Shown: positions 11,241-20,934 of the stretch, in pieces
Layout of the letters: every line of letters starts with the position of its first letter
Numbering within the stretch: the stretch's first letter is position 1
Made by a program: the position numbers and the translations under genes
The notes under the pieces: model-generated
What the model was told of the DNA's origin: nothing
Database searches by the model: none
The model's input: only the letters and a program-made list of their open reading frames with translations
NCBI GenBank assembly: GCA_024626585.2
Contig: JANKJI020000004.1
Coordinates: 172,328,616-172,349,549 of the forward strand
Direction of reading: 5' to 3'
DNA length: 20,934 nucleotides
Origin: Ginkgo biloba
Lineage: Eukaryota > Plantae > Ginkgophyta

Positions 11241-12532
11241 ATGAGAGTTTGATGTCAAGGCGTGACATAGATATCTCCGACTTCAGAATCTTGTTCATTG
11301 GTTTTTATGAATAGTTGAGTAACTTCCTTGATGTTTTTCCCGTTTTAAAAACCCTTGAGGACTTGGTGCCAGAGGGCTGCTCTTTATCCATGGCAGATGC
11401 AGGCACAGAGGAGTTGTGCATTCTTTGGAACATTCTGTCAAACACTTGTATGGTTACATGTGTACTGCTGCAATTTCTTTGAAAATGAATAACAGGTAGG
11501 CTTGTTATGAAGAGCTGGCAGTCCATGGGAGATTACCTTGCTATTTGGTAGCAAGTTTCACATGTTTTAGAGTATTTATATTGTTAGCAAACATTCTGTT
11601 TTGCTTCAGTTTTTTTTTTTCTTGTTTAGCTTTTCAAATGATAATCCAAGGAAACATTTGAATTGAAATGTGAACTTTGAGAATATGCAAGTAAGCTGAG
11701 GAATATCCATATGCACACTCCAAACTACTAGTTTGAACCCCTGTGGATATAGTATGTTGCTAGTTATAATCATCTTTGTATCAGCCATCTTTTGTGCTCT
11801 TTCTATCTATATATGATTGCCAATGCTATCGATGTTGCAGGAATCTCATTCTCCTCTTTGGCCATCCAACCATACATCCTTGTTCAATTTTACTGCATTG
11901 TCAATCCCATTGTCCTTTATTTCTCCATTCTGCTCCTTCAAGACAGTCACCCCCCAAATAATATATGTTTTGATCATATAATTGTATGTCTATAAATTGT
12001 GGATGTCTGTTAACAGAGAATCTGTTTCTCTTTTTTGTAATTGTGGCTTGAACTAGCGCTAATGAAGGATATTTTGTAAATGTGTTTCAATGATTACATA
12101 AATTTACATTTAATAAATAAAATGAGACATAAAACCTTATCATATACGCTATTTATCCCAGAAGAATAAAATAAAAACCCATTACAGATAACATTTGACA
12201 AAATTAAGAAAAGATGGAAATATAGCCTGCATTAAGTGATCACCCAAGATTGGGTTTTCAATTCGGAGACAAACCGCTGAGACCAATAAAAATTACATTG
12301 AAAGGCATTGAGAAAAAGAAAGGGATACATGCAACACAAAAAAGGGTAAAAAGCATAGAGGTATACATACTTGAAGATTTGTTAGCAGAGGGCCCACTTG
12401 AAGGGGGAGGGGAGGAGGAGTTACAAAAAATNNNNNNNNNNNNNNNNNNNNNNNNNNNNNNNNNNNNNNNNNNNNNNNNNNNNNNNNNNNNNNNNNNNNN
12501 NNNNNNNNNNNNNNNNNNNNNNNNNNNNNNNA

Positions 12533-13030
12533 TGCATATTGTCCATCACCTAACTTCATCATATTTTCCCTGATCTCAATCTTCACCATCATTGTGTTCC
12601 TTCATCTATCAAGCTAGTCCCTTTTGTGATGTTGGTTGATCGAGAAATATTGTACAGGTCTAGATATTCCCCCGATAGATAGAGCAATCATTGGTTCACT
12701 TAGGAAGAGTTATCGAAATAATCAAGTTACCTTCCTGGGTATTATGGTACATCTTGATCTATTTAGGAGATAATTTGGTAGATAGGACTTAACTTTCATT
12801 TTTTCCTAGTAGCAGTCCATTCACTCGCTAGTCTATCCTAATAGCTTTTTTCTATAGATAACTTTGATGCCAATCTCCTATAATGAACACATATTCCACA
12901 ACTCAAGAACTCAAATTTGCCAATATGGAAGCAAGAGCTCACAATAGATTACTAACCACTTCGAGGGTTGAACCTTCCAAGTACAAAAGTATGATAATAA
13001 CAATACGCATGCCTCCTTTGAGTTTACAAG
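12533..13030 (-). mobile_element. Degenerate LINE (L1-type, RNase H-bearing) 3' remnant, copy 1
   Basis: Minus-strand LYLEGSTLEVVSNL (compare IEGDS..VIN), then IYR and DRLASEW (compare HIYRE.N..AD.LA). Nucleotide similarity to about 15795-16210. Confidence 0.55.
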
Positions 13031-13131
13031 AAGATTATATAGAATAATGATACCTCACATATGCAATGCATGTCCTCNNNNNNNNNNNNNNNNNNNNNNN
13101 NNNNNNNNNNNNNNNNNNNNNNNNNNNNNNN

Positions 13132-13176
<45 letters not shown>
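13132..13176. repeat. (GA)22+ microsatellite, running into a gap on the left
   Basis: Directly visible; it lies where the adjacent minus-strand element's 3' LTR is expected. Confidence 0.97.
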
Positions 13177-13180
<4 letters not shown>

Positions 13181-13852
13181 ATGAGGTGTGAATAGACTAA
13201 GGGTTGAGGTCCATAATATACCCCTTCCCTTCAAAATCTTTACCCTCAAAGCTCCACAAAATTTGGGTACTGTTGAAATATTTATGCGCCTTTCCATGTA
13301 GCATCTTCGCATTGCATCCACTTCTATTTGATGAGGTACTTTGTGATAAGCTTGTGGTGGAGGTGCTTGGTGCACTTTTTCAATACTTTCTTAGGTTCTA
13401 GATGGAGTTTCCCTTCTTCATCTAACTCTGGTAACACGATTTGCACTATCACCTTTTTACCCACTACATTTTTTAGGTTGGACACATGGAAGGTGTTGTG
13501 TATCTTTTAGGAACAAGGTAGCTCCAAGGAATATGCCACTTCCCCCACACTTCAGAGAATTTTGTAGGGCCCATAAAATTTAGGAGCTAACTTATATTTA
13601 GCCCCCTTTTTTATTGATTCTTGTTTATAGGGTTGTAACCTTAAGTATACCTAATCACCCACTGCAAATGTTCACTCGCTTCTCTTATGGTCGACTTGTT
13701 GCTTCATTCTGTTCTGATCCATTTGAAGGTTATCTTTTAGTAACTAGAGTATTTCTTGCATTCTTTAGATTTGATCTGTAACCACTTATACTTTTGGGCT
13801 ATCTTGGAGATAGTTGTGGCTGCTGGGGGGAGGGTAGCCATAGAGTTCCTAC
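13177..13852 (-). mobile_element. Chromovirus (Ty3/gypsy) 3' end: integrase C-terminus, GPY/F, chromodomain, PPT and start of the 3' LTR
   Basis: Minus strand: LYGYPPP, LKDNLQMDQNRMKQQVDHKRSE*TFAVGD*VYLRLQPYKQ..KLAPKFYGPYKIL*SVGEVAYSLELP..KIHNTFHVSNLK, chromodomain YLIK*KWMQCEDATWK. PPT gaagggaagggg at 13221-13232; the LTR starts at about 13218. Confidence 0.92.
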
Positions 13853-15726
13853 NNNNNNNNNNNNNNNNNNNNNNNNNNNNNNNNNNNNNNNNNNNNNNNN
13901 NNNNNNNNNNNNNNNNNNNNNNNNNNNNNNNNNNNNNNNNNNNNNNNNNNNNTAATCCTTCTTTTCATTATATTTTTCTGTCAAAAAATTGAATTTTTAT
14001 TCTATCAAAGTGACCGCACCCAAACAATTATGGATTTCATTGGTCTTAACATCAAGTTGTCTATTTGTTTTGCCTATATTATCTAGTTTATCAGGATAAC
14101 TTCCTCCTATACCTTTGACTCCTCATAAATTTGAAACTCTATTACCTTTTCTAGCTTCTCTCAAGATAAATCTTTCTTCTTATCAAAATTTTATTTGTAA
14201 CGTTGTCAAGTTCACTCTAGCCGCATTACTAAGTCTCCTTTCTTCCAAAAAACTTCTTGAGATAATCTACTAAATTCCTTAAAAAGCTTCTCAATTTACA
14301 CTTGGGAATTATAAAATCCTTCAATGGTACTCATAATTTTATTATAAATACCATGCATATGTCCCTTTCCTTGTAATTTGTGTAATCTTCTTTTATCGGC
14401 AGCCAACCTCACTTACAAAATTGACTTCTCCACTTTCTTTCTTTTTGCCTAAATATTGGAGAATAAATTCATGGTATTTGGTTAGAGTAGATTTTAGTTC
14501 TCTAATATTTGTTTTATATTCATCCAAGTTCTTTTTGATAACCTTAGATACTCCCTCACTTAGTTTTTTGACATCTTACNNNNNNNNNNNNNNNNNNNNN
14601 NNNNNNNNNNNNNNNNNNNNNNNNNNNNNNNTTTTTACTACATACCATCCTTTCTTCTTTATAGAGTCATTTTTTATATTTTATTTTCTTGCACATCAAA
14701 TTAGAAATGCATTTTCCATTTTATTGGTTTAAATACAATCAATTTATCTATGTCTTCTTTAGTTATCTCTAAAATAGGAGGAATTAACTGAAGAGGATTT
14801 TCCAATAGAACATGAGATTGTTCTATTTCTTTATTCTTTATTATGGTAACTTGATCATGCTCTTCCATATTATTTTTAGTTGAATTCATATACCCTAATT
14901 TCTCCACATCATGGTCAAGTGCATCTTTGTGCGTATCCACGTCACTTTTCTTAATCGCATCCTTCTTTCTACTAGCATCAGATTACATAGTCACATATTT
15001 TCACCCACTTGATTTAACTTGTGTAATTGTAAATNNNNNNNNNNNNNNNNNNNNNNNNNNNNNNNNNNNNNNNNNNNNNNNNNNNNNNNNNNNNNNNNNN
15101 NNNNNNNNNNNNNNNNNNNNNNNNNNNNNNNNNNNNNNNNNNNNNNNNNNNNNNNNNNNNNNNNNNNNNNNNNNNNNNNNNNNNNNNNNNNNNNNNNNNN
15201 NNNNNNNNNNNNNNNNNNNNNNNNNNNNNNNNNNNNNNNNNNNNNNNNNNNNNNNNNNNNNNNNNNNNNNNNNNNNNNNNNNNNNNNNNNNNNNNNNNNN
15301 NNNNNNNNNNNNNNNNNNNNNNNNNNNNNNNNNNNNNNNNNNNNNNNNNNNNNNNNNNNNNNNNNNNNNNNNNNNNNNNNNNNNNNNNNNNNNNNNNNNN
15401 NNNNNNNNNNNNNNNNNNNNNNNNNNNNNNNNNNNNNNNNNNNNNNNNNNNNNNNNNNNNNNNNNNNNNNNNNNNNNNNNNNNNNNNNNNNNNNNNNNNN
15501 NNNNNNNNNNNNNNNNNNNNNNNNNNNNNNNNNNNNNNNNNNNNNNNNNNNNNNNNNNNNNNNNNNNNNNNNNNNNNNNNNNNNNNNNNNNNNNNNNNNN
15601 NNNNNNNNNNNNNNNNNNNNNNNNNNNNNNNNNNNNNNNNNNNNNNNNNNNNNNNNNNNNNNNNNNNNNNNNNNNNNNNNNNNNNNNNNNNNNNNNNNNN
15701 NNNNNNNNNNNNNNNNNNNNNNNNNA

Positions 15727-16270
15727 CATTTCTTTCCAAGTCCACCTATTCCACTCCATATAACCAACCTTGAAGCGCAGAGTATGTGATTTATATCGTT
15801 CATACTGCCCTTCCCTTGCTTTTATCATCTTCGGCCTAGCTTAGTCGTCCACATATTCTTTTGTCCATCCAGCTGGTCCCTTTATAGAAATTTTATCAGT
15901 GTTCGGATGCCTTCCAACAACTTATCAAATGCCTTGTGGCTCGTCCTTCGAAGATTACACGAGTCACAGTATGGCTCATCTGTACTTGGTGGCAGTGCGG
16001 GTTGATTGAGGCCTATTTTCCTGATAGATGAAGTGATCACTAGTTCACCTAGGGCAATTTCTTGAAAGAAACAAGTTATCCCTTCCTGGATCTCATTGCA
16101 TATCTTGATCCATTCAGGAGACAACTCGCCAACCAGGACTCACTCGAATTTCATCCCGTTGGGGAGTTTCATTTTCTCTTGGCATTGGCTCGTTCATTGG
16201 CTAGTCTTCCCTCTTCCTTATGCTATAAAGGAGGTTCAAAAGTCCTAGGAGAGTGCACAATCCTGTAGGG
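15727..16270 (-). mobile_element. LINE 3' remnant, copy 2 (same family as 12533-13030)
   Basis: RLANERA (end of RNase H). Block 16014-16121 aligns by eye with 12665-12770, and aaagggaccagctggatgga corresponds to aaagggactagcttgataga. Confidence 0.55.
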
Positions 16271-16459
16271 GCCCATGATGCCATTAATAAAGAATTAAGA
16301 CACGAGCACCAAAAAGAGAGAAACATTGATCCAAATGGATTTTTGTAGTCCTAGTGTGATTAGGAAGGATCAAAGCAACACAAGAGCATGCACGGTGAGC
16401 AAGGGACCCATAATGTGACTGAAGTTCATTTAAAGCATGTATGCTAGGATAATCATAAA

Positions 16460-16900
16460 GGAAAGTTAGTGAGTCTATATGTCTCTCTTTCAAAAACATC
16501 CCCCAACTCCTTATCACTCATACTTTTCTTATTTTCTTTAGGAACTTCTGAGATGCATGACCTATAGCTCTTTGAAAATGACTTGTGATATCACTATAAA
16601 CATTGGCAATTTCTAATTTTCTTTTCTCATACTTAGGTCTAGGCTTTCATTCATGAAACTTTTCTTGAGAATGAAAGATTTTGGTTACCTAGAATATTTT
16701 ATTATTAGAATTTCCCTTGGTATAGGCTATTTTAGCAAAGAAATAACTATCATTGTAGAAGAATGTCTGAATTTATTTAGACTGACTATACTTATCAAAT
16801 AGATATCATACAAATATTTCTCAGCATAGAATGCTGTAAAATTATATTTGGTGTCCTTTTTTGATTGATACCTATTTTTATCACAATACTTATCACTTTT
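16460..16900 (-). mobile_element. Possible very old gypsy (Athila/Tat-like) RT remnant
   Basis: Weak traces only: NDSYFFAKI (compare KDNYPLPKI), IFKRAIGHA (compare TFQRAMDHA), ERHIDSL. Confidence 0.3.
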
Positions 16901-19067
16901 CATGACTAATCATAATATTTTCTCTTTTTAGTCTATTTGTTGCAAAATTAATTTTTTCTCACAATTTTCTTTCCATAAAAGTTTATAGCATTACAAAGTT
17001 TACCTAATTTTTTAGACTCTGTCATACTTTCTAATCATCACAANNNNNNNNNNNNNNNNNNNNNNNNNNNNNNNNNNNNNNNNNNNNNNNNNNNNNNNNN
17101 NNNNNNNNNNNNNNNNNNNNNNNNNNNNNNNNNNNNNNNNNNNTGAATAAGTAATCCTTACATATAAAACCTCTGTACATAAAAATTACATAGATGGTAT
17201 TGAATCTTGATTCGTGAATTTAGGAGAAGGGGGAGCTTCTTCTTCTAATCTTTTAGAGTGTTGCTGCTCTATGGGAACTAGTCATGCCTTAGAATGAAAA
17301 TTCTATATAATGGAATAAAAATAAAGGAAAAGAAATCCCTCTATACATCAAAATAAAGTATATATAGAANNNNNNNNNNNNNNNNNNNNNNNNNNNNNNN
17401 NNNNNNNNNNNNNNNNNNNNNNNNNNNNNNNNNNNNNNNNNNNNNNNNNNNNNNNNTGCTATTCAATCACTAACTTTATATCCACTTTAACCATTCATTG
17501 TCTTTTTGGTACTAATATATTAGGAATGAAACATTGATATCTTCATGAATGTTGTAAATAATGTTTTAATCTTTTTGTTTCCAAAGATGATGGGGTCCAT
17601 CATCTTGATTATGAGCTGGATATGACAACTTAAGAGATGTCCAAGTACAATCTCTTTTTCTTTAAGATCACTATCATATTAGTGAAGTAGAATAATTAGC
17701 ATCGATAGGCACTTTTATACAATGATTAGCAAGGGCCTAATTATCATTATAATCGTAGAAAGAGTCAATTTTTTCATTGATGGTATCCTTTTCACCCCCG
17801 TACCTAAGACTTAACCATGGTTAAGGCCTTTTAACTCCAAAGATGATAGACAATAATGCTTTTCAACATTCTTCCTCCTTCATAAATGATGTTTGATAGG
17901 CATCACCAAAGTAAAAGGATTCCAAAATGTCAATGCCTGTCCTTTCCAATTCCATTCTCTGCTATATAATCCTCTACTAGACTTAATGTCAATCAATGTA
18001 TATAAATTCATCGTACAAATCAATGTAACCTCCTCCTCAATATAAATCAAATCAGCATATGAACCAAAGGAGCGGCCATCAATTCGATTATGAGAGCCTG
18101 GTGCACCAATTGAGCATTTCGTGCAGCTTTCCACTTTCATTCTTCATACTCTCTATCTTTATGTAGTGTATCTTTTATAAACCAAACACTTTTAACAAAT
18201 GTAGATAGCATTCATCAAGCTCTGATCACCTGTTAATGGCTTACGTTGGATGGACTATAGTAGGCAGATGCTGAAAGACAACAAATCCATCGAAAACACT
18301 CTCATCAATGCAAGTGATGAAGCATGCAAAGTTTGTTGTGATGAAAGCCACATTTGCTATTGTCCTCCACAAGTAATTTCCCTGTGATGATCTTCTTCGA
18401 ACCGAAGATGCGTTTAGGTCAAATGGGTTGTGTTTGGCTTAAGAAAATATTCTTCCCTGCCCTCTTTTCTTCCCGACTACTGAATATCATGAGGAAATGG
18501 GAGCCTATAACAGACAAAGATTTTATTTATTATACTCCTCTCCAACAAATGTGATTCTCAAATATCAACTGTAGCAACAAATACCCAACACCCAACGCAC
18601 ATGAGAAATGCATTACAAAACCATATGTTCTTACTACACATATATTTTTTAAATGCAATAATATAAGGCCCACCCATAACTATCAACCAGATTGGAAACC
18701 GTATTTTAAAATTTTAATCTCGAAGGTTGTTACATCTCAGTTCTGTTTCCTGGCCCTTGTGACCCAAGAGATTATTTTAATGATCAATTAGGTGCAAACC
18801 CTATATAATATAACATCTTGATTTTGTTTGCACCCCCACTAAGGAAGGGGGTTGGTCAAAGACAAATTTATAATTAAACATATATATGAACATTAATTAG
18901 TAGAAACACCCTATTTCATGCCATCATTCTCAATTATGAAGACCACTTTCAATAAAAATTTAAATATNNNNNNNNNNNNNNNNNNNNNNNNNNNNNNNNN
19001 NNNNNNNNNNNNNNNNNNNNNNNNNNNNNNNNNNNNNNNNNNNNNNNNNNNNNNNNNNNNNNNNNNN

Positions 19068-20934
19068 AACCCTTAGCTCTACAAACCCCTTCCATGATGT
19101 AACTTAATCTTCTTCACTAACGAGCCTTTCCTCAACTCCAATACTAGAGATGATGCAATTGGATCCTTGGACCCTCAAACTATTGGTCGCTACCAAGATC
19201 TTACAATAATCCTCCTTATCCCTTCACAAATGGCCCTTGGCCCAAATTCACAGAGTTATTTAAAATAAAGAAACTACAAATAAATTTATGAGGAGAGAAA
19301 TGTACTCAAACACATACATTATATTAAACCCAAACATTCTCATTACATGTGGCCCATGGCCTATTCATAGAGATACATACACTCATAACCCATTGAGGCT
19401 TCAATTACAAAATACCAAGGCTCCCTTCTTAGACCATTTGCACAAACCCTCACAAATCCACCTCCTCGTTTCTTTCATATTTTTTCTTTTTCATCCCCAA
19501 TGATGCCTCATGGTCAGTGTTTGCACCTACTTATCCTCCTTCCCTTTCTTCTTCATCTCGATTGCTCCTATAAATCTGGGTTGCTCCTCTTCACCAAACC
19601 CTTTGTAGGACTTTTGCATTCTTGGCTCTCCCTTGAGCTCTTCTTCATCCTCTTCTAATAGCCAACTTTCTCCTAATGAGTTCACTACCTTGTTCATGGC
19701 CACTATATCCTTTGCTCTCTTTTCCTCCACAGATTGTTCCTTCTCCCTAGCAAACCTCTAAGCTCCTTTGTCCAATGGTTGAATCGTCTTCAATGATTGA
19801 ATTATTATCTTCCTCCCCTTTTTCTCCTTCCTCTTCTTCCTTTATTCCCTCCAAAAAATCCTCACCAATCGCCTTTCCTTTACTCATAAATTCCCTTAAA
19901 GTACGTTGTAGGTGGTTTATTACCTCCTCACTGCTAGCCTATCCCATTTATAATTCTTAAATTGCCTTAAATTTTCATTCTAAAACTTTTTCCCATCACG
20001 AGCTTTGGCATGTTCACTCCTCACTCAGGTCATTCATTGACTTAGTGGTGAATGCCCCACACTATTTATTGTACCTTTTCTCCCCTTCATTCCTTTGGTC
20101 TATTTGTCGGGCCCTCAATTTATTCTCTCTATCATTCGTTGACTCAGTGGAAAATGCTCCACATCATTTACTAGATATTTTCTCCTCTTCATTCCTTTGG
20201 TCTGTTTGTTGTGACCCCTTTAGGTCGTTCACCCTTTAGGCTATTCACTCCTCATTTAGGTCACTTGTCGTTAGTTCATCGACCTTCCACTTAAATCTCT
20301 ATGTCTACGATAGTGCCTTCCCTACTACTCTCATCAAGATTGTCACCTCATCCTCGAGGTTATCCACTTTCTACTACACCTTGTTAGAGAACACCTGGAC
20401 CTTATTTAGTGTTTATGACCAACTCACCTATAGTTCATACATGACTTCCAAGATTCGAGCCAAGACAATCTCCAACTCATCCACCTATTTCTCTAGATGG
20501 TTAAGGTCATCTCTGGTCTAATTCCTCCTTCACCTTTGGCCATGACTCTCCTCTTCTTGCTTGAAAATATTGATCCCCAAGGAGTCCCTTTCAAACAGTC
20601 AAACACTTGTAGAAACCTGTCTTTATAATTATATTTTTAAGGCAATCATAACTTATCTTTAACACTACAAAACTTGGATTTGTGTTATCTCTACTTTGAT
20701 ACCATCTATCATGGGTCTATGATTTCTTATCAATTTTTATCTAAGTGTGCATAATCCACTTGATCCTAACCCCTGTATGACACTAGTGTCCTTGAATATG
20801 AACAATCAAGCATCTAGACTATGCCCTTACAACCAACCATCCATGCATATTGGCTATCTAAGATCACTCACTAACATACCTTACCTAGTCTATCTTTGCT
20901 AGTATCCCCAGTTCATTTTACTTAGCCCATTTTA
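19068..20934 (-). mobile_element. Degenerate LTR retrotransposon 5' part (LTR, PBS, gag-like region), probably gypsy and internally deleted
   Basis: PBS-like tggtatcaaagt at 20693-20704 with an LTR junction at about 20707. Gag-like coiled-coil start on the minus strand (LEK*VDELEIVL..KVDNLEDEVTILMRVVG) and an acidic linker in ORF 19527-19730. No recognisable RT. Confidence 0.55.
20030..20217. repeat. Diverged direct tandem duplication with a 102-bp period
   Basis: tcattcattgacttagtggtgaatgccccac...cttcattcctttggtctatttgt (from 20030) versus tcattcgttgactcagtggaaaatgctccac...cttcattcctttggtctgtttgt (from 20132). Confidence 0.85.

Noticed and set aside
14927-15828. Five overlapping ORFs of 243-278 aa
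   Set aside because: Artefacts of the N gap at 15035-15726.
17584-17606. 10-bp inverted repeat aagatgatgg-ggt-ccatcatctt
   Set aside because: Real but short, with no supporting context.
17600-17760. Possible MuDR-like trace on the minus strand (ALANHCIK...RDCTW)
   Set aside because: Too few residues and no TIRs; not supportable without a profile search.
1080-19067. Recurrent N-runs of exactly 100 nt (starting at 1080, 4763, 6188, 12432, 13853, 17044, 18968) as a periodic structure
   Set aside because: They are most likely the assembly convention for gaps of unknown size; spacing is irregular. Distances across them are unreliable.
20030-20263. CRISPR-like repeat-spacer array or other prokaryotic defence system
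   Set aside because: Only two long diverged units, no unique spacers, no cas-like ORFs, and the context is eukaryotic retroelement DNA.

Overview
AT-rich, repeat-dense seed-plant nuclear DNA (gymnosperm-like; inferred from the style of the retroelements) from a heavily gapped assembly. Seven N-runs are exactly 100 nt, and most long ORFs in the supplied track are gap artefacts. The only recognisable host gene is the 3' end of an ESCRT-III-associated CHMP1/VPS46 gene (9281-9409, +), which the ORF track missed; its 5' part probably lies in the 979-N gap at 8302-9280. The rest is mostly old, stop-riddled retroelement debris: five clearer Ty3/gypsy remnants (integrase, RNase H, gag, RT, chromodomain, PPTs, tRNA-iMet PBSs) plus weaker ones, two diverged copies of one RNase H-bearing LINE 3' end, and two (GA)n tracts. 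I see no convincing evidence of a novel biological system. The findings are modest structural observations made by eye, without any database search.
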